From: Nemertoderma westbladi
Taxonomy: Eukaryota > Animalia > Xenacoelomorpha
DNA: 64,000 nucleotides
Direction of reading: 5' to 3'
NCBI GenBank assembly: GCA_032718475.1
Contig: JAUCBJ010005423.1
Coordinates: forward strand, 4,165 to 68,164
In this document: positions 1-15,000 of the stretch, one piece after another
Layout of the letters: each line of letters begins with the position of its first letter
How positions within the stretch are numbered: the stretch's first letter is position 1
Position numbers and translations under genes: made by a program
Notes under the pieces: generated by a model
Told to the model about the DNA's origin: nothing
What the model saw: the letters and a program-made list of their open reading frames with translations, nothing else
Database searches by the model: none

Positions 1-3000
1 TATAACTTACATCGATGTCTGTTAATTAATATTCCTTGTATAACTTACATCGATGTCTGTTAATTAATATTCCTTGTATAACTTACATCGATGTCTGTTA
101 ATTAATATTCCTTGTATAACTTACGTCTGTTAATTAATATTCCTTGTATAACTTACATCGATGTCTGTTAATTAATATTCCTTGTATAACTTACATCGAT
201 GTCTGTTAATTAATATTCCTTGTATAACTTACATCAATATCTGTTAATTAATATTCCTTGTATAACTTACATCGATGTCTGTTAATTAATATTCCTTGTA
301 TAACTTACATCGATGTCTGTTAATTAATATTCCTTGTATAACTTACATCGATGTCTGTTAATTAATATTCCTTGTATAACTTACATCGATGTCTGTTAAT
401 TAATATTCCTTGTATAACTTACGTCTGTAAATTAATATTCCTTGTATAACTTACATCGATGTCTGTTAATTAATATTCCTTGTATAACTTACATCGATGT
501 CTGTTAATTAATATTCCTTGTATAACTTACATCGATGTCTGTTAATTAATATTCCTTGTATAACTTACATCGATGTCTGTTAATTAATATTCCTTGTATA
601 ACTTACATCGATGTCTGTTAATTAATATTCCTTGTATAACTTACATCGATGTCTGTTAATTAATATTCCTTGTATAACTTACATCGATGTCTGTTAATTA
701 ATATTCCTTGTATAACTTACGTCTGTAAATTAATATTCCTTGTATAACTTACATCGATGTCTGTTAATTAATATTCCTTGTATAACTTACATCGATGTCT
801 GTAATTAATATTCCTTGTATAACTTACGTCTGTAAATTAATATTCCTTGTATAACTTACATCGATGTCTGTTAATTAATATTCCTTGTATAACTTACATC
901 GATGTCTGTTAATTAATATTCCTTGTATAACTTACATCGATGTCTGTTAATTAATATTCCTTGTATAACTTACATCGATGTCTGTTAATTAATATTCCTT
1001 GTATAACTTACATCGATGTCTGTTAATTAATATTCCTTGTATAACTTACATCGATGTCTGTTAATTAATATTCCTTGTATAACTTACATCGATGTCTGTT
1101 AATTAATATTCCTTGTATAACTTACGTCTGTAAATTAATATTCCTTGTATAACTTACATCGATGTCTGTTAATTAATATTCCTTGTATAACTTACATCGA
1201 TGTCTGTTAATTAATATTCCTTGTATAACTTACATCGATGTCTGTTAATTAATATTCCTTGTATAACTTACATCGATGTCTGTTAATTAATATTCCTTGT
1301 ATAACTTACATCGATGTCTGTTAATTAATATTCCTTGTATAACTTACGTCTGTAAATTAATATTCCTTGTATAACTTACATCGATGTCTGTTAATTAATA
1401 TTCCTTGTATAACTTACATCGATGTCTGTAAATTAATATTCCTTGTATAACTTACATCGATGTCTGTTAATTAATATTCCTTGTATAACTTACATCGATG
1501 TCTGTTAATTAATATTCCTTGTATAACTTACATCGATGTCTGTTAATTAATATTCCTTGTATAACTTACATCGATGTCTGTTAATTAATATTCCTTGTAT
1601 AACTTACATCGATGTCTGTTAATTAATATTCCTTGTATAACTTACATCGATGTCTGTTAATTAATATTCCTTGTATAACTTACGTCTGTAAATTAATATT
1701 CCTTGTATAACTTACATCGATGTCTGTTAATTAATATTCCTTGTATAACTTACATCGATGTCTGTTAATTAATATTCCTTGTATAACTTACATCGATGTC
1801 TGTTAATTAATATTCCTTGTATAACTTACGTCTGTAAATTAATATTCCTTGTATAACTTACATCGATGTCTGTTAATTAATATTCCTTGTATAACTTACG
1901 TCTGTAAATTAATATTCCTTGTATAACTTACATCGATGTCTGTTAATTAATATTCCTTGTATAACTTACATCGATGTCTGTTAATTAATATTCCTTGTAT
2001 AACTTACATCGATGTCTGTTAATTAATATTCCTTGTATAACTTACATCGATGTCTGTTAATTAATATTCCTTGTATAACTTACATCGATGTCTGTTAATT
2101 AATATTCCTTGTATAACTTACATCGATGTCTGTTAATTAATATTCCTTGTATAACTTACGTCTGTAAATTAATATTCCTTGTATAACTTACATCGATGTC
2201 TGTTAATTAATATTCCTTGTATAACTTACATCGATGTCTGTTAATTAATATTCCTTGTATAACTTACATCGATGTCTGTTAATTAATATTCCTTGTATAA
2301 CTTACATCGATGTCTGTTAATTAATATTCCTTGTATAACTTACATCGATGTCTGTTAATTAATATTCCTTGTATAACTTACATCGATGTCTGTTAATTAA
2401 TATTCCTTGTATAACTTACATCGATGTCTGTTAATTAATATTCCTTGTATAACTTACGTCGATGTCTGTTAATTAATATTCCTTGTATAACTTACATCGA
2501 CGTCTGTTAATTAATATTCCTTGTATAACTTACATCGATGTCTGTTAATTAATATTCCTTGTATAACTTACATCGATATCTGTTAATTAATATTCCTTGT
2601 ATAACTTACATCAATATCTGTTAATTAATATTCCTTGTATAACTTACATCGATGTCTGTTAATTAATATTCCTTGTATAACTTACATCAATATCTGTTAA
2701 TTAATATTCCTTGTATAACTTACGTCGATGTCTGTTAATTAATATTCCTTGTATAACTTACATCGATGTCTGTTAATTAATATTCGTTGTATAACTTACG
2801 TCTGTTAATTAATATTCCTTGTATAACTTACATCGATGTCTGTTAATTAATATTCCTTGTATAACTTACATCGATGTCTGTTAATTAATATTCCTTGTAT
2901 AACTTACATCGATGTCTGTTAATTAATATTCCTTGTATAACTTACATCTGTTAATAAATATTCCTTGTATAACTTACATCGATGTCTGTTAATTAATATT

Positions 3001-6000
3001 CCTTGTATAACTTACATCGATGTCTGTTAATTAATATTCCTTGTATAACTTACATCAATATCTGTTAATTAATATTCCTTGTATAACTTACGTCGATGTC
3101 TGTTAATTAATATTCCTTGTATAACTTACATCGATGTCTGTTAATTAATATTCGTTGTATAACTTACGTCTGTTAATTAATATTCCTTGTATAACTTACA
3201 TCGATGTCTGTTAATTAATATTCCTTGTATAACTTACATCGATGTCTGTTAATTAATATTCCTTGTATAACTTACATCTGTTAATAAATATTCCTTGTAT
3301 AACTTACATCGATGTCTGTTAATTAATATTCCTTGTATAACTTACATCGATGTCTGTTAATTAATATTCCTTGTATAACTTACATCAATATCTGTTAATT
3401 AATATTCCTTGTATAACTTACGTCGATGTCTGTTAATTAATATTCCTTGTATAACTTACATCGATGTCTGTTAATTAATATTCGTTGTATAACTTACGTC
3501 TGTTAATTAATATTCCTTGTATAACTTACATCGATGTCTGTTAATTAATATTCCTTGTATAACTTACGTCTGTTAATTAATATTCCTTGTATAACTTACA
3601 TCGATGTCTGTTAATTAATATTCCTTGTATAACTTACATCGATGTCTGTTAATTAATATTCCTTGTATAACTTACATCGATGTCTGTTAATTAATATTCC
3701 TTGTATAACTTACGTCTGTTAATTAATATTCCTTGTATAACTTACATCGATGTCTGTTAATTAATATTCCTTGTATAACTTACATCAATATCTGTTAATT
3801 AATATTCCTTGTATAACTTACATCGATGTCTGTTAATTAATATTCCTTGTATAACTTACATCGATGTCTGTTAATTAATATTCCTTGTATAACTTACATC
3901 GATGTCTGTTAATTAATATTCCTTGTATAACTTACATCAATATCTGTTAATTAATATTCCTTGTATAACTTACATCGATGTCTGTTAATTAATATTCCTT
4001 GTATAACTTACATCGATGTCTGTTAATTAATATTCCTTGTATAACTTACATCGATGTCTGTTAATTAATATTCCTTGTATAACTTACATCGATGTCTGTT
4101 AATTAATATTCCTTGTATAACTTACATCGATGTCTGTTAATTAATATTCCTTGTATAACTTACATCGATGTCTGTTAATTAATATTCCTTGTATAACTTA
4201 CGTCTGTTAATTAATATTCCTTGTATAACTTACGTCAATGTCTGTTAATTAATATTCCTTGTATAACTTACGTCTGTTAATTAATATTCCTTGTATAACT
4301 TACGTCTGTTAATTAATATTCCTTGTATAACTTACGTCTGTTAATTAATATTCCTTGTATAACTTACATCGATGTCTGTTAATTAATATTCCTTGTATAA
4401 CTTACATCGATGTCTGTTAATTAATATTCCTTGTATAACTTACATCGATGTCTGTTAATTAATATTCCTTGTATAACTTACGTCTGTTAATTAATATTCC
4501 TTGTATAACTTACATCGATGTCTGTTAATTAATATTCCTTGTATAACTTACATCAATATCTGTTAATTAATATTCCTTGTATAACTTACATCGATGTCTG
4601 TTAATTAATATTCCTTGTATAACTTACATCAATATCTGTTAATTAATATTCCTTGTATAACTTACATCGATGTCTGTTAATTAATATTCCTTGTATAACT
4701 TACATCGATGTCTGTTAATTAATATTCCTTGTATAACTTACATCGATGTCTGTTAATTAATATTCCTTGTATAACTTACGTCTGTTAATTAATATTCCTT
4801 GTATAACTTACGTCAATGTCTGTTAATTAATATTCCTTGTATAACTTACGTCTGTTAATTAATATTCCTTGTATAACTTACGTCAATGTCTGTTAATTAA
4901 TATTCCTTGTATAACTTACGTCTGTTAATTAATATTCCTTGTATAACTTACATCGATGTCTGTTAATTAATATTCCTTGTATAACTTACGTCGATGTCTG
5001 TTAATTAATATTCCTTGTATAACTTACGTCGATGTCTGTTAATTAATATTCCTTGTATAACTTACATCGATGTCTGTTAATTAATATTCCTTGTATAACT
5101 TACATCGATGTCTGTTAATTAATATTCCTTGTATAACTTACGTCGATGTCTGTTAATTAATATTCCTTGTATAACTTACATCGATGTCTGTTAATTAATA
5201 TTCCTTGTATAACTTACATCGATGTCTGTTAATTAATATTCCTTGTATAACTTACGTCTGTTAATTAATATTCCTTGTATAACTTACATCGATGTCTGTT
5301 AATTAATATTCCTTGTATAACTTACGTCTGTTAATTAATATTCCTTGTATAACTTACATCGATGTCTGTTAATTAATATTCCTTGTATAACTTACATCGA
5401 TGTCTGTTAATTAATATTCCTTGTATAACTTACGTCGATGTCTGTTAATTAATATTCCTTGTATAACTTACGTCTGTTAATTAATATTCCTTGTATAACT
5501 TACATCGACGTCTGTTAATTAATATTCCTTGTATAACTTACATCGATGTCTGTTAATTAATATTCCTTGTATAACTTACATCGATGTCTGTTAATTAATA
5601 TTCCTTGTATAACTTACGTCGATGTCTGTTAATTAATATTCCTTGTATAACTTACATCGATGTCTGTTAATTAATATTCCTTGTATAACTTACATCGATG
5701 TCTGTTAATTAATATTCCTTGTATAACTTACATCGATGTCTGTTAATTAATATTCCTTGTATAACTTACGTCTGTTAATTAATATTCCTTGTATAACTTA
5801 CATCGATGTCTGTTAATTAATATTCCTTGTATAACTTACGTCTGTTAATTAATATTCCTTGTATAACTTACATCGATGTCTGTTAATTAATATTCCTTGT
5901 ATAACTTACATCGATGTCTGTTAATTAATATTCCTTGTATAACTTACATCGATGTCTGTTAATTAATATTCCTTGTATAACTTACATCGATGTCTGTTAA

Positions 6001-9000
6001 TTAATATTCCTTGTATAACTTACGTCTGTTAATTAATATTCCTTGTATAACTTACATCGATGTCTGTTAATTAATATTCCTTGTATAACTTACGTCTGTT
6101 AATTAATATTCCTTGTATAACTTACATCGATGTCTGTTAATTAATATTCCTTGTATAACTTACATCGATGTCTGTTAATTAATATTCCTTGTATAACTTA
6201 CATCGATGTCTGTTAATTAATATTCCTTGTATAACTTACATCGATGTCTGTTAATTAATATTCCTTGTATAACTTACGTCTGTTAATTAATATTCCTTGT
6301 ATAACTTACATCGATGTCTGTTAATTAATATTCCTTGTATAACTTACATCGATGTCTGTTAATTAATATTCCTTGTATAACTTACATCAATATCTGTTAA
6401 TTAATATTCCTTGTATAACTTACATCGATGTCTGTTAATTAATATTCCTTGTATAACTTACATCAATATCTGTTAATTAATATTCCTTGTATAACTTACA
6501 TCAATATCTGTTAATTAATATTCCTTGTATAACTTACATCGATGTCTGTTAATTAATATTCCTTGTATAACTTACATCGATGTCTGTTAATTAATATTCC
6601 TTGTATAACTTACATCGATGTCTGTTAATTAATATTCCTTGTATAACTTACATCGATGTCTGTTAATTAATATTCCTTGTATAACTTACATCAATATCTG
6701 TTAATTAATATTCCTTGTATAACTTACATCGATGTCTGTTAATTAATATTCCTTGTATAACTTACATCGATGTCTGTTAATTAATATTCCTTGTATAACT
6801 TACATCGATGTCTGTTAATTAATATTCCTTGTATAACTTACATCAATATCTGTTAATTAATATTCCTTGTATAACTTACATCAATATCTGTTAATTAATA
6901 TTCCTTGTATAACTTACATCGATGTCTGTTAATTAATATTCCTTGTATAACTTACATCGATGTCTGTTAATTAATATTCCTTGTATAACTTACATCGATG
7001 TCTGTTAATTAATATTCCTTGTATAACTTACATCGATATCTGTTAATTAATATTCCTTGTATAACTTACATCGATATCTGTTAATTAATATTCCTTGTAT
7101 AACTTACATCGATGTCTGTTAATTAATATTCCTTGTATAACTTACATCGATATCTGTTAATTAATATTCCTTGTATAACTTACATCGATGTCTGTTAATT
7201 AATATTCCTTGTATAACTTACATCGATGTCTGTTAATTAATATTCCTTGTATAACTTACATCGATGTCTGTTAATTAATATTCCTTGTATAACTTACATC
7301 GATGTCTGTTAATTAATATTCCTTGTATAACTTACATCGATGTCTGTTAATTAATATTCCTTGTATAACTTACATCGATGTCTGTTAATTAATATTCCTT
7401 GTATAACTTACATCGATGTCTGTTAATTAATATTCCTTGTATAACTTACATCGATGTCTGTTAATTAATATTCCTTGTATAACTTACATCGATGTCTGTT
7501 AATTAATATTCCTTGTATAACTTACATCGATGTCTGTTAATTAATATTCCTTGTATAACTTACATCGATGTCTGTTAATTAATATTCCTTGTATAACTTA
7601 CATCGATGTCTGTTAATTAATATTCCTTGTATAACTTACATCGATGTCTGTTAATTAATATTCCTTGTATAACTTACATCGATGTCTGTTAATTAATATT
7701 CCTTGTATAACTTACATCGATGTCTGTTAATTAATATTCCTTGTATAACTTACATCGATGTCTGTTAATTAATATTCCTTGTATAACTTACATCGATGTC
7801 TGTTAATTAATATTCCTTGTATAACTTACATCGATGTCTGTTAATTAATATTCCTTGTATAACTTACATCGATGTCTGTTAATTAATATTCCTTGTATAA
7901 CTTACATCGATGTCTGTTAATTAATATTCCTTGTATAACTTACATCGATGTCTGTTAATTAATATTCCTTGTATAACTTACATCGATGTCTGTTAATTAA
8001 TATTCCTTGTATAACTTACATCGATGTCTGTTAATTAATATTCCTTGTATAACTTACATCGATGTCTGTTAATTAATATTCCTTGTATAACTTACATCGA
8101 TGTCTGTTAATTAATATTCCTTGTATAACTTACATCGATGTCTGTTAATTAATATTCCTTGTATAACTTACATCGATGTCTGTTAATTAATATTCCTTGT
8201 ATAACTTACATCGATGTCTGTTAATTAATATTCCTTGTATAACTTACATCGATGTCTGTTAATTAATATTCCTTGTATAACTTACATCGATGTCTGTTAA
8301 TTAATATTCCTTGTATAACTTACATCGATGTCTGTTAATTAATATTCCTTGTATAACTTACATCGATGTCTGTTAATTAATATTCCTTGTATAACTTACA
8401 TCGATGTCTGTTAATTAATATTCCTTGTATAACTTACATCGATGTCTGTTAATTAATATTCCTTGTATAACTTACATCGATGTCTGTTAATTAATATTCC
8501 TTGTATAACTTACATCGATGTCTGTTAATTAATATTCCTTGTATAACTTACATCGATATCTGTTAATTAATATTCCTTGTATAACTTACATCGATGTCTG
8601 TTAATTAATATTCCTTGTATAACTTACATCGATGTCTGTTAATTAATATTCCTTGTATAACTTACATCGATGTCTGTTAATTAATATTCCTTGTATAACT
8701 TACATCGATGTCTGTTAATTAATATTCCTTGTATAACTTACATCGATGTCTGTTAATTAATATTCCTTGTATAACTTACATCAATATCTGTTAATTAATA
8801 TTCCTTGTATAACTTACATCAATATCTGTTAATTAATATTCCTTGTATAACTTACATCGATGTCTGTTAATTAATATTCCTTGTATAACTTACATCGATG
8901 TCTGTTAATTAATATTCCTTGTATAACTTACATCGATATCTGTTAATTAATATTCCTTGTATAACTTACATCGATGTCTGTTAATTAATATTCCTTGTAT

Positions 9001-12000
9001 AACTTACATCGTTCTGTTAATTAATATTCCTTGTATAACTTACATCGATGTCTGTTAATTAATATTCCTTGTATAACTTACATCGATGTCTGTTAATTAA
9101 TATTCCTTGTATAACTTACATCGATGTCTGTTAATTAATATTCCTTGTATAACTTACATCGATGTCTGTTAATTAATATTCCTTGTATAACTTACATCGA
9201 TGTCTGTTAATTAATATTCCTTGTATAACTTACATCGATGTCTGTTAATTAATATTCCTTGTATAACTTACATCGATGTCTGTTAATTAATATTCCTTGT
9301 ATAACTTACATCGATGTCTGTTAATTAATATTCCTTGTATAACTTACATCGATGTCTGTTAATTAATATTCCTTGTATAACTTACATCGATGTCTGTTAA
9401 TTAATATTCCTTGTATAACTTACATCGATGTCTGTTAATTAATATTCCTTGTATAACTTACATCGATGTCTGTTAATTAATATTCCTTGTATAACTTACA
9501 TCGATGTCTGTTAATTAATATTCCTTGTATAACTTACATCGATGTCTGTTAATTAATATTCCTTGTATAACTTACATCGATGTCTGTTAATTAATATTCC
9601 TTGTATAACTTACATCGATGTCTGTTAATTAATATTCCTTGTATAACTTACATCGATGTCTGTTAATTAATATTCCTTGTATAACTTACATCGATGTCTG
9701 TTAATTAATATTCCTTGTATAACTTACATCGATGTCTGTTAATTAATATTCCTTGTATAACTTACATCGATGTCTGTTAATTAATATTCCTTGTATAACT
9801 TACATCGATGTCTGTTAATTAATATTCCTTGTATAACTTACATCGATGTCTGTTAATTAATATTCCTTGTATAACTTACATCGATGTCTGTTAATTAATA
9901 TTCCTTGTATAACTTACATCGATGTCTGTTAATTAATATTCCTTGTATAACTTACATCGATGTCTGTTAATTAATATTCCTTGTATAACTTACATCGATG
10001 TCTGTTAATTAATATTCCTTGTATAACTTACATCGATGTCTGTTAATTAATATTCCTTGTATAACTTACATCGATGTCTGTTAATTAATATTCCTTGTAT
10101 AACTTACATCGATGTCTGTTAATTAATATTCCTTGTATAACTTACATCGATGTCTGTTAATTAATATTCCTTGTATAACTTACATCGATGTCTGTTAATT
10201 AATATTCCTTGTATAACTTACATCGATGTCTGTTAATTAATATTCCTTGTATAACTTACATCGATGTCTGTTAATTAATATTCCTTGTATAACTTACATC
10301 GATGTCTGTTAATTAATATTCCTTGTATAACTTACATCGATGTCTGTTAATTAATATTCCTTGTATAACTTACATCGATGTCTGTTAATTAATATTCCTT
10401 GTATAACTTACATCGATGTCTGTTAATTAATATTCCTTGTATAACTTACATCGATGTCTGTTAATTAATATTCCTTGTATAACTTACATCGATGTCTGTT
10501 AATTAATATTCCTTGTATAACTTACATCGATGTCTGTTAATTAATATTCCTTGTATAACTTACATCGATGTCTGTTAATTAATATTCCTTGTATAACTTA
10601 CATCGATGTCTGTTAATTAATATTCCTTGTATAACTTACATCGATGTCTGTTAATTAATATTCCTTGTATAACTTACATCGATGTCTGTTAATTAATATT
10701 CCTTGTATAACTTACATCGATGTCTGTTAATTAATATTCCTTGTATAACTTACATCGATGTCTGTTAATTAATATTCCTTGTATAACTTACATCGATGTC
10801 TGTTAATTAATATTCCTTGTATAACTTACATCGATGTCTGTTAATTAATATTCCTTGTATAACTTACATCGATGTCTGTTAATTAATATTCCTTGTATAA
10901 CTTACATCGATGTCTGTTAATTAATATTCCTTGTATAACTTACATCGATGTCTGTTAATTAATATTCCTTGTATAACTTACATCGATGTCTGTTAATTAA
11001 TATTCCTTGTATAACTTACATCGATGTCTGTTAATTAATATTCCTTGTATAACTTACATCGATGTCTGTTAATTAATATTCCTTGTATAACTTACATCGA
11101 TGTCTGTTAATTAATATTCCTTGTATAACTTACATCGATGTCTGTTAATTAATATTCCTTGTATAACTTACATCGATGTCTGTTAATTAATATTCCTTGT
11201 ATAACTTACATCGATGTCTGTTAATTAATATTCCTTGTATAACTTACATCGATGTCTGTTAATTAATATTCCTTGTATAACTTACATCGATGTCTGTTAA
11301 TTAATATTCCTTGTATAACTTACATCGATGTCTGTTAATTAATATTCCTTGTATAACTTACATCGATGTCTGTTAATTAATATTCCTTGTATAACTTACA
11401 TCGATGTCTGTTAATTAATATTCCTTGTATAACTTACATCGATGTCTGTTAATTAATATTCCTTGTATAACTTACATCGATGTCTGTTAATTAATATTCC
11501 TTGTATAACTTACATCGATGTCTGTTAATTAATATTCCTTGTATAACTTACATCGATGTCTGTTAATTAATATTCCTTGTATAACTTACATCGATGTCTG
11601 TTAATTAATATTCCTTGTATAACTTACATCGATGTCTGTTAATTAATATTCCTTGTATAACTTACATCGATGTCTGTTAATTAATATTCCTTGTATAACT
11701 TACATCGATGTCTGTTAATTAATATTCCTTGTATAACTTACATCGATGTCTGTTAATTAATATTCCTTGTATAACTTACATCGATGTCTGTTAATTAATA
11801 TTCCTTGTATAACTTACATCGATGTCTGTTAATTAATATTCCTTGTATAACTTACATCGATGTCTGTTAATTAATATTCCTTGTATAACTTACATCGATG
11901 TCTGTTAATTAATATTCCTTGTATAACTTACATCGATGTCTGTTAATTAATATTCCTTGTATAACTTACATCGATGTCTGTTAATTAATATTCCTTGTAT

Positions 12001-15000
12001 AACTTACATCGATGTCTGTTAATTAATATTCCTTGTATAACTTACATCGATGTCTGTTAATTAATATTCCTTGTATAACTTACATCGATGTCTGTTAATT
12101 AATATTCCTTGTATAACTTACATCGATGTCTGTTAATTAATATTCCTTGTATAACTTACATCGATGTCTGTTAATTAATATTCCTTGTATAACTTACATC
12201 GATGTCTGTTAATTAATATTCCTTGTATAACTTACATCGATGTCTGTTAATTAATATTCCTTGTATAACTTACATCGATGTCTGTTAATTAATATTCCTT
12301 GTATAACTTACATCGATGTCTGTTAATTAATATTCCTTGTATAACTTACATCGATGTCTGTTAATTAATATTCCTTGTATAACTTACATCGATGTCTGTT
12401 AATTAATATTCCTTGTATAACTTACATCGATGTCTGTTAATTAATATTCCTTGTATAACTTACATCGATGTCTGTTAATTAATATTCCTTGTATAACTTA
12501 CATCGATGTCTGTTAATTAATATTCCTTGTATAACTTACATCGATGTCTGTTAATTAATATTCCTTGTATAACTTACATCGATGTCTGTTAATTAATATT
12601 CCTTGTATAACTTACATCGATGTCTGTTAATTAATATTCCTTGTATAACTTACATCGATGTCTGTTAATTAATATTCCTTGTATAACTTACATCGATGTC
12701 TGTTAATTAATATTCCTTGTATAACTTACATCGATGTCTGTTAATTAATATTCCTTGTATAACTTACATCGATGTCTGTTAATTAATATTCCTTGTATAA
12801 CTTACATCGATGTCTGTTAATTAATATTCCTTGTATAACTTACATCGATGTCTGTTAATTAATATTCCTTGTATAACTTACATCGATGTCTGTTAATTAA
12901 TATTCCTTGTATAACTTACATCGATGTCTGTTAATTAATATTCCTTGTATAACTTACATCGATGTCTGTTAATTAATATTCCTTGTATAACTTACATCGA
13001 TGTCTGTTAATTAATATTCCTTGTATAACTTACATCGATGTCTGTTAATTAATATTCCTTGTATAACTTACATCGATGTCTGTTAATTAATATTCCTTGT
13101 ATAACTTACATCGATGTCTGTTAATTAATATTCCTTGTATAACTTACATCGATGTCTGTTAATTAATATTCCTTGTATAACTTACATCGATGTCTGTTAA
13201 TTAATATTCCTTGTATAACTTACATCGATGTCTGTTAATTAATATTCCTTGTATAACTTACATCGATGTCTGTTAATTAATATTCCTTGTATAACTTACA
13301 TCGATGTCTGTTAATTAATATTCCTTGTATAACTTACATCGATGTCTGTTAATTAATATTCCTTGTATAACTTACATCGATGTCTGTTAATTAATATTCC
13401 TTGTATAACTTACATCGATGTCTGTTAATTAATATTCCTTGTATAACTTACATCGATGTCTGTTAATTAATATTCCTTGTATAACTTACATCGATGTCTG
13501 TTAATTAATATTCCTTGTATAACTTACATCGATGTCTGTTAATTAATATTCCTTGTATAACTTACATCGATGTCTGTTAATTAATATTCCTTGTATAACT
13601 TACATCGATGTCTGTTAATTAATATTCCTTGTATAACTTACATCGATGTCTGTTAATTAATATTCCTTGTATAACTTACATCGATGTCTGTTAATTAATA
13701 TTCCTTGTATAACTTACATCGATGTCTGTTAATTAATATTCCTTGTATAACTTACATCGATGTCTGTTAATTAATATTCCTTGTATAACTTACATCGATG
13801 TCTGTTAATTAATATTCCTTGTATAACTTACATCGATGTCTGTTAATTAATATTCCTTGTATAACTTACATCGATGTCTGTTAATTAATATTCCTTGTAT
13901 AACTTACATCGATGTCTGTTAATTAATATTCCTTGTATAACTTACATCGATGTCTGTTAATTAATATTCCTTGTATAACTTACATCGATGTCTGTTAATT
14001 AATATTCCTTGTATAACTTACATCGATGTCTGTTAATTAATATTCCTTGTATAACTTACATCGATGTCTGTTAATTAATATTCCTTGTATAACTTACATC
14101 GATGTCTGTTAATTAATATTCCTTGTATAACTTACATCGATGTCTGTTAATTAATATTCCTTGTATAACTTACATCGATGTCTGTTAATTAATATTCCTT
14201 GTATAACTTACATCGATGTCTGTTAATTAATATTCCTTGTATAACTTACATCGATGTCTGTTAATTAATATTCCTTGTATAACTTACATCGATGTCTGTT
14301 AATTAATATTCCTTGTATAACTTACATCGATGTCTGTTAATTAATATTCCTTGTATAACTTACATCGATGTCTGTTAATTAATATTCCTTGTATAACTTA
14401 CATCGATGTCTGTTAATTAATATTCCTTGTATAACTTACATCGATGTCTGTTAATTAATATTCCTTGTATAACTTACATCGATGTCTGTTAATTAATATT
14501 CCTTGTATAACTTACATCGATGTCTGTTAATTAATATTCCTTGTATAACTTACATCGATGTCTGTTAATTAATATTCCTTGTATAACTTACATCGATGTC
14601 TGTTAATTAATATTCCTTGTATAACTTACATCGATGTCTGTTAATTAATATTCCTTGTATAACTTACATCGATGTCTGTTAATTAATATTCCTTGTATAA
14701 CTTACATCGATGTCTGTTAATTAATATTCCTTGTATAACTTACATCGATGTCTGTTAATTAATATTCCTTGTATAACTTACATCGATGTCTGTTAATTAA
14801 TATTCCTTGTATAACTTACATCGATGTCTGTTAATTAATATTCCTTGTATAACTTACATCGATGTCTGTTAATTAATATTCCTTGTATAACTTACATCGA
14901 TGTCTGTTAATTAATATTCCTTGTATAACTTACATCGATGTCTGTTAATTAATATTCCTTGTATAACTTACATCGATGTCTGTTAATTAATATTCCTTGT

